Below are positions 36,108 to 45,591 of a DNA stretch of 53,812 nt, in pieces. The stretch is from an uncultured archaeon. GTDB lineage: Archaea; Asgardarchaeota; Thorarchaeia; Thorarchaeales; Thorarchaeaceae. The stretch covers positions 409,450-463,261 of the forward strand of contig CAZLEV010000002.1 of NCBI GenBank assembly GCA_964558645.1, given 5' to 3'. How positions within the stretch are numbered: position 1 is the stretch's first letter; each line of letters begins with the position of its first letter. The notes beneath the pieces are model-generated. The model saw only the letters and a program-made list of their open reading frames with translations. It did no database searches and was not told where the DNA came from. The position numbers and the translations under genes are program-made.

Positions 36108-36833
36108 ATGATGAGTAAGACCGAAGCTAAGGTACGGATGGAGCCGACAACAGACAATCCCCAGAAGGTCACAGTTCTGATGACCGAGTTTGTGACCCAC
36201 GATGTGAAGAGATTCGTTGTGGAGAAGCCCTCGGGCTATGAGTATATTCCTGGTCAGGCGAACCTTGTGTCCCTCGACAGAGAGGAGTGGACGGACGAGT
36301 TTCGACCCTTCACGTTCACGAACCTGAACCAAGACCTTGTGCTGGAGTTCACCATCAAGGGGTACCCTGAGCATGATGGTGTCACCAAACGGTTGCACGA
36401 CCTGCGTGCCGGAGACGACATAGTCCTCCACGACCCCTTTGGAACCATTATTTATCAAGGCCCAGGCTACTTCTTGGCTGCTGGAGCAGGTGTCACCCCC
36501 TTCATCGCCATCATCCGTCATCTCAAGAACCATGACAGGATTGAGGGGAACACCCTCATCTTCTCGAACAAGGAGGCCAAGGATGTGATCCTGGAGAAGG
36601 AGTTCAGGGACACCTTCGGGGACGATTTTATCGCTACTCTGACGAAAGAGAAGAGAGTTGGATACGAACACGGCCGAATAGACAAGGAGTTCCTCTCGAG
36701 TAGAGTGGACACTGACAAGTACTTCTACATCTGTGGCCCAGATGCCTTCGTGAAAGATCTGGTATCTGCTCTGAAAGACATGGGCGTTGATGAGGACCGG
36801 ATTGTTGTCGAGCGCCTCATATTCATGCATTAG
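36108..36833 (+). CDS. Ferredoxin/flavodoxin-NADP reductase family oxidoreductase
   Basis: RPFTF, AAGAGVTPF, FYICGP. Confidence 0.88.
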   Translation: MMSKTEAKVRMEPTTDNPQKVTVLMTEFVTHDVKRFVVEKPSGYEYIPGQANLVSLDREEWTDEFRPFTFTNLNQDLVLEFTIKGYPEHDGVTKRLHDLRAGDDIVLHDPFGTIIYQGPGYFLAAGAGVTPFIAIIRHLKNHDRIEGNTLIFSNKEAKDVILEKEFRDTFGDDFIATLTKEKRVGYEHGRIDKEFLSSRVDTDKYFYICGPDAFVKDLVSALKDMGVDEDRIVVERLIFMH

Positions 36834-37009
36834 AGAGATAGAAGACTCGCTCCTACACTGGAGATCGCACTGATTGTCAGGCAAGCAATGACAGGAGGCC
36901 AATTCCAGCCAACTGGACGAACGCAAGGGCGAAGATGGGACATGCTGCACAGGAGTATGACTGACTCTTCCGACAGAGATATCACTGCCTGAGGATTGAG
37001 CTGTCTGTC

Positions 37010-37954
37010 ATGAGATATCCCATTGTCACCGATGAACAGGTAGATGAACTCATAGGAATCGAGGACGTCATGCCAAAGATTGACGAGGCCATGCAGGAAC
37101 ACGCCAATGGCACCCTCACTGCACCCCCTAGACTTGTTGTTGATGCAGGAGCAGGCTCCCTTGTATTCACGGCAGGAGCCCTGACGGGAAAGGAACCGGT
37201 CGCGGGATTCCGGGTCTATGAGACGTTCCCAAAGGATGAACCGGGACATACACAGCTGGTCGTCAGCTACGATGGAGAGACTGGTGTCATGCAGGGGATC
37301 ATCACCGGATTCAGAGTGGGCGTGATTCGCACAGGAGCAATTGGCGGAGTCGCCGTGAAGCATCTTGCAAGGGATGATGCAGATACTGTGGCGATGATTG
37401 GCTCCGGAACCCAGGCACGTTCTCAACTTGTGGCGGTGAATGCCGTTAGAGACTTGAAGGAGGTTCGTGTATATAGCCCCACGAAAGGCCACCGAGAGGC
37501 CTTCTCTGAGGAGATGTCGAAGATGCTCAGTCTGCAAGTGACTGCTGTGGAATCTCCAAGAAATGCCATCGAGGGCGCAGACATAGTGATCTCTGCAACA
37601 CGAAGTAAGACCCCGGTCTATGATGCTGAACTACTGAAACCGGGGATGCATGTGACAACGCTAGGGCCGAATCTTGCGGGCACGAATGAGATAGAGATTG
37701 GAGTTGCAGACAGAAGCGATGTGATCGTCACAGATTCACTCGCACAACTGGACAGCTATAGCAAGTATACCAAGCCCTACTTTCTGTCAGAGACCAGGCA
37801 TAGAGAACGTATCCGTGAGCTTGGAGATGTCATTGCTGGGAAGGAGGATGGACGGAGGTCTAATGACGATATCACTCTGTTTTGTTCAGTGGGACTGGCA
37901 GGTACTGAAGTTGTTGTGGCAAATGAGGTCTTCAGACGTCTAGGTAGTGAGTGA
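37010..37954 (+). CDS. Ornithine cyclodeaminase/mu-crystallin family (alanine dehydrogenase-like)
   Basis: RTGAIG, IGSGTQAR, ADIVISAT, LFCSVGLA. Confidence 0.88.
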   Translation: MRYPIVTDEQVDELIGIEDVMPKIDEAMQEHANGTLTAPPRLVVDAGAGSLVFTAGALTGKEPVAGFRVYETFPKDEPGHTQLVVSYDGETGVMQGIITGFRVGVIRTGAIGGVAVKHLARDDADTVAMIGSGTQARSQLVAVNAVRDLKEVRVYSPTKGHREAFSEEMSKMLSLQVTAVESPRNAIEGADIVISATRSKTPVYDAELLKPGMHVTTLGPNLAGTNEIEIGVADRSDVIVTDSLAQLDSYSKYTKPYFLSETRHRERIRELGDVIAGKEDGRRSNDDITLFCSVGLAGTEVVVANEVFRRLGSE

Positions 37955-38347
37955 TCTTCTGGTCGAGTCATCCATCACTTCAAAATCAACTTGAAGCCCT
38001 GATGCCTTCCACCATATCTCTCGAAGGTACTGAACATATCCTCGCGTGACTCTATCAGTTTTGAATCTGTTATCGCTGACACAGTCATACTCGCGCGTCA
38101 GGCACTTCACACACCATCGGCAATCAGACTTGATGATGGCCTTCTCTGTGGGAGCGAACGATTGAACATACCCCAGAGCTTGAAGTATGGCCATCAGACT
38201 CATCTGTCGTGATGTTGTGCCGCTGGATGCTCCTTGTTCGGAGTGAACGAGTGATACCTTCTCCATCGAATCGCCATGGTAGACTGCATAGAACCATACG
38301 CCCTCCCCTCTGGTACATGAACCCCAAGTATGAACCGTGACAGGCAT
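37940..38347 (-). CDS. RNase HI-fold protein, catalytically degenerate
   Basis: VHTWGSC..TTSRQMSLMAILQAL..IKSDC matches the RNase H pattern (TDGS, NNRMEL.A, SDS) with D-to-W and E-to-S changes. Confidence 0.6.
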   Translation of the reverse strand: MPVTVHTWGSCTRGEGVWFYAVYHGDSMEKVSLVHSEQGASSGTTSRQMSLMAILQALGYVQSFAPTEKAIIKSDCRWCVKCLTREYDCVSDNRFKTDRVTRGYVQYLREIWWKASGLQVDFEVMDDSTRRSLTT

Positions 38348-38478
38348 TGAATCGCATAAGCCTCCGATAGCACCAGTATGACATCGTGAATACGTGTCAA
38401 TAAGGCCATCGGAGCGGCATCTCCAGATGCTGGTCTGCGTGTGTCAACCGGGAGCGGAATCTCATAGACCATTACGTA

Positions 38479-40110
38479 CTAGGTGAGAGACTCTGCCTGT
38501 TTCCTGCTCGGATGGGTTATCGTCGGAGCAACCGGTCTGGACTCTGCTTTTTCGATGCCTCCTGCAGAGAGAGGGGGTTTGTTCCACCTCCTGATTCTTC
38601 GCTCAACGTCTTCTACTCGGTACCGGCCTGCAAGGACAAAGAGGATGGGAAATGCCACCAGAAAGAGTATCATCCCGATAGAGAGTATAGCTGGATTGGT
38701 ATATACATCTGGACCCTGGTAACCGGTGACGGGACCCACCTTGACGGTCTCATTGAAGAAGTTGAAGAGGGTGTGGGCCATGATGGGAGCCATTAATGAT
38801 TTTCCCGAACTGAATCGCTCATAATAGACGCCAAAGAAGGCACCCAGAATACCAGAGAAGACAACTAGGGCTATGCCACTCATGATCTCGCCAGTTACAA
38901 GTACCCAGCATGCATGCCACACTCCGAAGGTCAGGGCGGATATGGCTATTGCCTTGTTTACGCTGAATCGAGTCTTCAACCCATTCTGAAGAACACCACG
39001 AAAGAGGGTCTCTTCCATGATTGCGTTTACGAGGAAAAAGAACAGGACATAGGGCAGCAATTCAGTGTTGACAATGTCTAGCGTGAGGGGATAGGATGGA
39101 TCCAACATAGTGGCATACAGAACCACAGCACCGAGATCGACGATGACGAACAGGATGAAGAACAGAAGCACTCCAATGCCTAAGTGAACAACCATGCTGC
39201 TATCGCTTATTCCCAGTACCGAGTGAATCTCTTTGGGGCGGTAGTGCCAGAAGACGAACAGTATGATTGCCAGGGGGAGGACCTTTGATGGAAGGATGTT
39301 GAGCCAGGTATCGCCCAGGTTGAGGATAAGGACGTCTATCAGTCTGAATGCGATTGACAGGGCAAGTATGCCGAGGGCGAGAGGTAGTAGATTCATGCGG
39401 CTGAGCAGAGGCGATGCTGCGACTTCCTCGTCCGTTTCAGGATTGGACGCAGGTGATACGAGCTCTTGGGAAGTCCGAGAGCTGGAGAGACGAAACCACG
39501 GGTTGATTAGTCCAACGGTTGCCAGCATCATCATGACCATGCTCAGTATGTCTGGAATTATCTCCAGACCCATCGCAGTGAGTGGCGCCTTTATGCCCTG
39601 CCCGATGACACCGACAACGAGTGCCAAGACGAGGATATCACTGCGGACCTCCTCGAGTCGACCGGTTCTCCACGTGATGATGAAGGTCACCAGCATTGCA
39701 AGCATCAATGAGAGCAATACGGGAATCAGGAGCGCCATGATGAAGAGTTCTGATGGGCCAAAAAGCACAGTGAGAATCCAGTAGAAGGTAGTCAGTGCCA
39801 TTGCCCTGAGATGATAGTGTTGATACTTGTGCAACCAGATATGTAGTACAACACCAAGCAGGGGCACAACAGTGCCTGCAATGACCAGTGCTCTGAGCTT
39901 GAAAAGCTCGAGGGTAGGCTCAACCCACCCAGCCCTTGGTAGAGTCTGTAGAAGCATGTTGAAGGCCTGGGCCACCGATACGATACCGAACATGAGGGGA
40001 AGGTCGGTGAGAAGACGGGTTTCTTGTCGTAACCAAGAACGGGTCAGAAAGACTGCTAGAACTGCTGTCATCGAGGCCACTAGCAGACCCAAAATAACTG
40101 TGATGTCCAT
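38479..40110 (-). CDS. CPBP (CAAX-II) intramembrane metalloprotease fused to an N-terminal multi-TM domain
   Basis: EETLFRG, FGVWH, AHTLFN motifs in the C-terminal half. Confidence 0.8.
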   Translation of the reverse strand: MDITVILGLLVASMTAVLAVFLTRSWLRQETRLLTDLPLMFGIVSVAQAFNMLLQTLPRAGWVEPTLELFKLRALVIAGTVVPLLGVVLHIWLHKYQHYHLRAMALTTFYWILTVLFGPSELFIMALLIPVLLSLMLAMLVTFIITWRTGRLEEVRSDILVLALVVGVIGQGIKAPLTAMGLEIIPDILSMVMMMLATVGLINPWFRLSSSRTSQELVSPASNPETDEEVAASPLLSRMNLLPLALGILALSIAFRLIDVLILNLGDTWLNILPSKVLPLAIILFVFWHYRPKEIHSVLGISDSSMVVHLGIGVLLFFILFVIVDLGAVVLYATMLDPSYPLTLDIVNTELLPYVLFFFLVNAIMEETLFRGVLQNGLKTRFSVNKAIAISALTFGVWHACWVLVTGEIMSGIALVVFSGILGAFFGVYYERFSSGKSLMAPIMAHTLFNFFNETVKVGPVTGYQGPDVYTNPAILSIGMILFLVAFPILFVLAGRYRVEDVERRIRRWNKPPLSAGGIEKAESRPVAPTITHPSRKQAESLT

Positions 40111-40218
40111 TGATAATCAACTCTGAATCTCGCTAAGATGTGAGGATAGTGGAATAAAAAGAACCCAAGAAATGGACCACGCATCAAACAGAACGAGAAG
40201 TGTGAGAAATGCCTCAGA

Positions 40219-40932
40219 TTACAGACCAAACCGTTGCTTAATGACCCCCACTTTCTTCGAGTAGACCCAGACAGCCTCAGCGCAGACATGCCAGGCCATC
40301 ATCGTATCAGAGTCCAGTCGGAGATGTCTATCAAAGAGGGGCATGATCTCAGAACTCATGTCGCCATGTGGAAAGGCTCCAATCCCGAACACTACGGGCG
40401 TCTTTGCACTGGAAGGCAGCATTGCCTCGAAATCGGAGATGTTGGTGGGTTCTCCGTCTTCTACCGCGAGAATGCTCAGAATGCCACCTGACTTCTGGCG
40501 GATTCTTCCGAGAAGCTGAGATATGTCCTCTCCTGTGATCTTCAGGAGGGGGCGTCCATCTGGTGGGACAGCACCCTCTGATAGTAACTGCTCGAAAAGA
40601 CCAACGAATCTGTCATAGTTTCGAGGGAGTCTTACTGACCTGTCAAGCTCGATGATTTGACCATCTTGGCAGTGGATGTAGACAGAGAGGTGGCCCTCCT
40701 TACAGAGAGGGGTTTCGAGGAGGGTCATGAGGGAGAGATAGACAATATCAGGACGGCCGCGCCGGCGGTGCTCATCCAGCCGAGTCATAGACTTCCCATG
40801 ATGAGTCTGGTCGAGTAGAATCTCACCGGGCTTCTTTCCCTTACGCGAGGCATATCTCTGAATCTCTTTCAAAGCAGAGATCTCTGTAGGAACGAGTTCA
40901 AGTGCCGAATCCAAGAGAATGACATGGAGCAT
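40219..40932 (-). CDS. nep1: Nep1/EMG1 rRNA pseudouridine methyltransferase
   Basis: SALELVP, LLDQTHH, RGRPDIV, RLPRNYDRFVGL, IGAFPHGD. Confidence 0.93.
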   Translation of the reverse strand: MLHVILLDSALELVPTEISALKEIQRYASRKGKKPGEILLDQTHHGKSMTRLDEHRRRGRPDIVYLSLMTLLETPLCKEGHLSVYIHCQDGQIIELDRSVRLPRNYDRFVGLFEQLLSEGAVPPDGRPLLKITGEDISQLLGRIRQKSGGILSILAVEDGEPTNISDFEAMLPSSAKTPVVFGIGAFPHGDMSSEIMPLFDRHLRLDSDTMMAWHVCAEAVWVYSKKVGVIKQRFGL

Positions 40933-41009
40933 GATAACAACAGGGAGCTAGGATCCTACGAACGATTTAAGGGGTTTGAATGTCTCCAGCGACAGTGGTG
41001 TGCTGAGAG

Positions 41010-41336
41010 GTGTCAAGCAGAAGGCGATTTAGGAGGCAAGTCAAACGGATAGCCGAAGAGAGAATATGTCTTCTGTGGATTCAGGCCCAGAAGGTTGCCA
41101 CCTCCGATCCGGCCCTTGCCCGTTCACTCATACAGACAGCAAAGAAGGTAGCACAGAAGGCTCGGATGAAACTACCAAGGGAGATGAACAGACGAATCTG
41201 TAAGGAATGTGGAACCGTATTGATTCCTGGTCAGACTTGCAGGGTCAGGGTGCGGAACAACAGAACAGGCCATGTGACTGTGACCTGCCTCGAATGCGGG
41301 GCAATACGACGCTTCATCGTTGAAAGGCAAGCTTAA
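41010..41336 (+). CDS. rnp4: RNase P protein component 4 (Rpp21)
   Basis: IAEERI, ICKEC..CLECG. Confidence 0.92.
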   Translation: MSSRRRFRRQVKRIAEERICLLWIQAQKVATSDPALARSLIQTAKKVAQKARMKLPREMNRRICKECGTVLIPGQTCRVRVRNNRTGHVTVTCLECGAIRRFIVERQA

Positions 41337-41360
41337 TGAGCACATCAGAGAGAGGGGTCT

Positions 41361-41633
41361 ATGATAGTGATGAGGCCAGACAGCACGCGTGTCAGCATTG
41401 TGTGGCAAGAGCCTGCGATGATGCAGATAGGAAAGGGTGGGCTCTCCGAAGGAGTCATCAAGGAGGTCAAGCGCCTGCTCAAGACACATAAGTGTATCAA
41501 AGTTCGGGTGCTCAGAAGTGCACTCTCGGAGGATACTAAGGAGTCACTCTTCACTGAACTCTGTGATGCGACGGGAGCTCACCTTGATAGTATCCGAGGA
41601 AACACTGCAGTCATCTTCAAAATGGAGAAATGA
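41361..41633 (+). CDS. YhbY/CRM RNA-binding protein
   Basis: IGKGGL..IKVRVL..RGNTAVIF; conserved synteny. Confidence 0.88.
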   Translation: MIVMRPDSTRVSIVWQEPAMMQIGKGGLSEGVIKEVKRLLKTHKCIKVRVLRSALSEDTKESLFTELCDATGAHLDSIRGNTAVIFKMEK

Positions 41634-41762
41634 CACGAAATGCTATCGACTCATGATAAGCCTTATATGCTGACTCAAAGCTGCTCCTTCAGCCTTCTGA
41701 GGTAGGCCACCAGCTCAGTTGATGTGCGGTGACTAATCACTAAGGAGAATGGTGACTGACAT

Positions 41763-42215
41763 ATGCCCACTGTCTACGATATACCAGCCAATATACTGAT
41801 ACGGCGACTCGCTCAGGACCTGAAGTCCAGAAAGGAGATCAGCCCTCCAGAGTGGAGCCCCTATGTTAAGACAGGATCCCATAAGGAGAGAGCACCTGAG
41901 AATCCTGACTGGTGGTATGTTCGATGTGCCAGTATTCTGCGCAAGGTATACATGAAGGGACCGGTCGGTACAGAGAAGCTCCGTATTGACTATGGAGGTA
42001 GGAAGCGAAGAGGTTCCAAGCCAACTCACTTCCACAAGGGCAGTGGAGCAATCATACGAACAGCACTTCAACAGCTGGAAAGAGCTGGATTTGTCAAGAA
42101 AGATGACAAGAGGGGACGCGTCATGACCGACATCGGAAGATCGTACATGGATCGTCTTTCAGCAGCTCTGAAGATGGAGCTTGAGAAGGCAATTCCAGAA
42201 CTTGAGAAATACTGA
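41763..42215 (+). CDS. rps19e: 30S ribosomal protein eS19
   Basis: VKTGSHKERAP, WWYVRCASILRK. Confidence 0.97.
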   Translation: MPTVYDIPANILIRRLAQDLKSRKEISPPEWSPYVKTGSHKERAPENPDWWYVRCASILRKVYMKGPVGTEKLRIDYGGRKRRGSKPTHFHKGSGAIIRTALQQLERAGFVKKDDKRGRVMTDIGRSYMDRLSAALKMELEKAIPELEKY

Positions 42216-42237
42216 GCTTACATGAGGATTGAGAGCC

Positions 42238-42567
42238 ATGAGTGACGAGGAGCTCGAAGCCATTCGTCAAAAGAAACTTGAGGCCCTCAAGGAAGAGGCA
42301 ACCCGCGATCAGGTAGATGAAGAACGGGCTGCCCAAGCACGGGCCCAGAAAGAGGCAATACTCAGACAGATACTGACTCCAGAGGCAAGATCAAGACTGA
42401 CCAATATTCGAATGGTCAAACCGCAGTTTGCCGAACAGATTGAGATGCAACTCATTCAACTGGCCGGTTCAGGAAGGCTCAAAGGCAAAGTGACGGACGA
42501 GCAGCTCAAGAACCTCTTGATACAGATCAGAGGAAGAGAGCGAGAGAGAAAAGTAACTTTCAGATAG
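42238..42567 (+). CDS. PDCD5-family DNA-binding protein
   Basis: LRQILTPEARSRL..QLIQLA; synteny after rps19e. Confidence 0.92.
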   Translation: MSDEELEAIRQKKLEALKEEATRDQVDEERAAQARAQKEAILRQILTPEARSRLTNIRMVKPQFAEQIEMQLIQLAGSGRLKGKVTDEQLKNLLIQIRGRERERKVTFR

Positions 42568-42593
42568 AAACGCTGCGCAGTAGGTGAAAGAGA

Positions 42594-42749
42594 ATGGCAA
42601 GAAACAAGCCACTAGGAAAGAAACTCAGGATGGCGAAAAAGCTAAAGTCCAATTCCTCAGTTCCTACATGGGTCGTGATGAAGACTGGCGGTAAGGTGCG
42701 AAGGAATCCTAAGCAGCGCAACTGGCGTCAGACCAAGCTAAAGCCATAG
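42594..42749 (+). CDS. rpl39e: 50S ribosomal protein eL39 (not in ORF track)
   Basis: [51 protein letters not shown]. Confidence 0.95.
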   Translation: MARNKPLGKKLRMAKKLKSNSSVPTWVVMKTGGKVRRNPKQRNWRQTKLKP

Positions 42750-42765
42750 TCAGGTGTGCAATCAG

Positions 42766-43218
42766 ATGAGTCAAGAAGAAAAGAGCGAACCAGAGGTACC
42801 TGCAGAAGAGATTGAGATTCCTGAGATTGATGATATCGAAGAACTCCCCGAGATAGAAGAGATTGGAGAGGAGGAGCTGGAAGAACTCGAGGCAGTCACC
42901 GAGGATATTGAAGAGGTAACTCCGGAAGTGCCCCTCGAGGAAATACCTGAGGAGGAGGAGATTATCGATGAGAGGATCTACACGGTACCACTGAGAAAGG
43001 CATACTGGACAGGCAGCAGACTGAGGAGATCGAACCGAGCTGTGAGAATCCTCAGACAGTTTGTGGAACGCCATATGAAACCAGAGGGGATCATCATTCA
43101 GCCCGAGGTCAATGAGAAGATATGGGCCAGAGGGATTCAGAAGCCACCTCGCAGAGTTCGCATACGTGCAACAAAGAACTCAGAGAATCTCGTAAGAATC
43201 TATCTTGCGGAGGGATAG
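42766..43218 (+). CDS. rpl31e: 50S ribosomal protein eL31 with acidic N-terminal extension
   Basis: ERIYTVPLR, NEKIWARGIQKPPRRVR. Confidence 0.93.
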   Translation: MSQEEKSEPEVPAEEIEIPEIDDIEELPEIEEIGEEELEELEAVTEDIEEVTPEVPLEEIPEEEEIIDERIYTVPLRKAYWTGSRLRRSNRAVRILRQFVERHMKPEGIIIQPEVNEKIWARGIQKPPRRVRIRATKNSENLVRIYLAEG

Positions 43219-43221
43219 TCT

Positions 43222-43890
43222 ACGTCAATCGCCCGCACTGATTTTGAGGGCGATATGAATGTCGGAGCATTCGGAATCGCCACTGACAGATTTGTGTTTG
43301 TTTCTCCAAACATGTCTGAGAAGTCGCTTGACGTTCTTGAGAAGACCTTCAACCTTCCACTGGTGCAGTCCACAGTGGCAACTCTTGACGCGGTCGGCTT
43401 AGTCTCCGCAGCCAATTCAAATGGGATCATAGTGCCCTATACCACGACTGACGAGGAACTAGCACAGCTCAAGAAGTATACTGATGTTAACGTCGACTGG
43501 ATTGACAGCAAAATGACCGCTCTCGGTAATATTGTGCTGGCCAATGATTATGGGGCAATTTGCCATCCCGAGTTTGACACCAGAGCCCGAAGGAAAATGG
43601 CAGATATCCTTGATGTGGATGTTGTGCCAGGAACAGTGGCACGGCTCCCCATTGTTGGTGCTAACACGGTGGCAAACAAGCAGGGAGCTGTAGTGCATCC
43701 TATGGCTACCGATCAGGAAATCGATGTGATAGCGGAGTTATTAAAAGTAGTAGTCGAAGTGGGGACCGTGAACAGGGGTAGCCCTTACATTAGACTTGGA
43801 GTGTTGGCCAACACAGATGGAATGATTGCCGGAGATGAAACAACGGGTGTGGAGTTGGCCCACATATCCCAAGTACTTGGATTCGTGTAG
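43222..43890 (+). CDS. eif6: Translation initiation factor aIF-6 (probable ACG start)
   Basis: TALGNIVLAND, GTVNRGSP, TTGVEL; the conserved N-terminal segment SIARTDFEG lies upstream of the first ATG. Confidence 0.9.
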   Translation, partial: TSIARTDFEGDMNVGAFGIATDRFVFVSPNMSEKSLDVLEKTFNLPLVQSTVATLDAVGLVSAANSNGIIVPYTTTDEELAQLKKYTDVNVDWIDSKMTALGNIVLANDYGAICHPEFDTRARRKMADILDVDVVPGTVARLPIVGANTVANKQGAVVHPMATDQEIDVIAELLKVVVEVGTVNRGSPYIRLGVLANTDGMIAGDETTGVELAHISQVLGFV

Positions 43891-43904
43891 CTGAGGTGAC
43901 GTAG

Positions 43905-44147
43905 ATGGATTCGAAGATATGGCGTGCAACTGGAGAATACGACAAGAAGAACAAAGTCTTTGTCTTCACAAAGGAGCTTATTGCAGATAAGGAGGCACAT
44001 GTCAAGGAGAAGATTTACTCCGATCTTGGCAGCAGACATCGGGTCAAACGCAGGCAAATCAGATTCGAGAAAATAGAGGAGATTGAGCCTGAAGAACTGA
44101 CTGATTTAGACTTGCGACGCCTTCTCGGTGTGGAGGCCGAGTTCTGA
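43905..44147 (+). CDS. rplX: 50S ribosomal protein LX (eL20)
   Basis: EKIYSDLGSRHRVKR. Confidence 0.9.
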   Translation: MDSKIWRATGEYDKKNKVFVFTKELIADKEAHVKEKIYSDLGSRHRVKRRQIRFEKIEEIEPEELTDLDLRRLLGVEAEF

Positions 44148-44581
44148 TGGCAGAAGAACAACGTAAGGCGTTGCAGCAGCTCTATGTTGAACAGCAGATG
44201 GTTGCATCAAACCTGGAGAACCTTCAGGATAGATTGGAGGTGACAGACCTCTATCTCTCGAACTACAAGAAAGGGTTGGAGGTCTTGAATCAACTTGAGA
44301 AACAGGATACAGAGAGCGAGCTGTTCTTCAATGTCGGAGGCGGCCTCTTCATAGAGGCCAGAATTACTCAACCGGTCAGAATCATAAGTGACCTCGGGAG
44401 CGGAGCCAGGGTAGAAGTGGATCGTCAGCAGGCAATAGAGAATGCCAAGGATGTTATCCAAAGGCTTGAGGAGCAACGAAACTCACTCCAAGAGAATCTG
44501 GAACAGCTCAATGCCCGATCAGTTCAACTCAATGCTAGAATGCAGGAACTAGCTGAAACCATACAGAGTGGAGAGGGATAG
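44147..44581 (+). CDS. pfdA: Prefoldin subunit alpha
   Basis: Coiled coils around VGGGLFIEA..LGSG; synteny. Confidence 0.88.
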   Translation: MAEEQRKALQQLYVEQQMVASNLENLQDRLEVTDLYLSNYKKGLEVLNQLEKQDTESELFFNVGGGLFIEARITQPVRIISDLGSGARVEVDRQQAIENAKDVIQRLEEQRNSLQENLEQLNARSVQLNARMQELAETIQSGEG

Positions 44582-44585
44582 TCAA

Positions 44586-45497
44586 GTGTTTGACAGGCTC
44601 CGCGGAGCTCTTGATACGGCTATAACCAAAGCGACCACTAAGGAACTGAACGAAGAGAATCTCTCCAAGGCCGTATGGGAGTTACAGCTCACCCTGATTC
44701 AAAACGATGTGGCTGTTGAAGTTGCTGAACGGATATGTGAACTCACGAAAGAGAAGACTCTTGGCTCGAGAACAGGCAGGTTCGAGAATCTCACCGAATT
44801 GTTCAGGCAGGCGATACATGAATCCGTCTTGGAGGTCTTGGTTCCAGAGTACCCACTTCGGCCTCTGAAATATGCAGCTGAGAAGAAACAGAATGGAGAA
44901 ACGACCGTCATAATGTTTGTGGGCGTCAATGGCACAGGAAAGACAACAACACTGGCCAAGATGGCACACCTGTTCAAGAAGAACGGTCTCTCAGTGGTGG
45001 CTGCTGCTGGAGACACTTTTCGTGCCGGGAGCATCGAGCAACTGGCAAAGCACGCAGAACGTCTGGGTATCAGACTCATAAAACAAGACTATGGTGCAGA
45101 TGCTGCTGCAATTGCCTATGATGCGGTTGCTCATGCCAAGGCGAAAGGGATAGACGTTGTCTTGATTGATACAGCGGGCAGAATGCAGAGTAACAAGAAT
45201 CTGCTTGAAGAGATGAAGAAGATAGCAAGAGTTGCGGAGCCCGATCTGAAGATTTTTGTGGGAGATGCACTTGCAGGGAATGATGCCTTGTCGCAGGCAA
45301 GGGAATTCCATGAGGCAATAGGTATCGATGGCGCAATTCTAACCAAGGTGGATGCAGACCCCTCCGGTGGCGCCGCTCTATCGATTGCATTTGTGACTGG
45401 AAGGCCGGTGCTGTATGTGGGTGTTGGTCAAACATATGAAGACCTGAAACACTTCGACCCGGAATGGTTCGCCAAGAGACTTGTGGGTCAGGTCTGA
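44586..45497 (+). CDS. ftsY: SRP receptor FtsY
   Basis: GVNGTGKTTT, DTFRAG, DTAGR, TKVD. Confidence 0.96.
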   Translation: MFDRLRGALDTAITKATTKELNEENLSKAVWELQLTLIQNDVAVEVAERICELTKEKTLGSRTGRFENLTELFRQAIHESVLEVLVPEYPLRPLKYAAEKKQNGETTVIMFVGVNGTGKTTTLAKMAHLFKKNGLSVVAAAGDTFRAGSIEQLAKHAERLGIRLIKQDYGADAAAIAYDAVAHAKAKGIDVVLIDTAGRMQSNKNLLEEMKKIARVAEPDLKIFVGDALAGNDALSQAREFHEAIGIDGAILTKVDADPSGGAALSIAFVTGRPVLYVGVGQTYEDLKHFDPEWFAKRLVGQV

Positions 45498-45591
45498 TGA
45501 TTGTTTGTAGACCTCTTTGGTGACATGGGACATTTTATTACGAAGAGTAATCTCCTGCCGTCTTGAAGCATTATCTGAGAGGTTGAAGAAT

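Noticed and set aside
35838-37537. Long minus-strand ORFs (370 and 235 aa)
   Set aside because: Antisense shadows of the reductase and cyclodeaminase genes, with no motifs.
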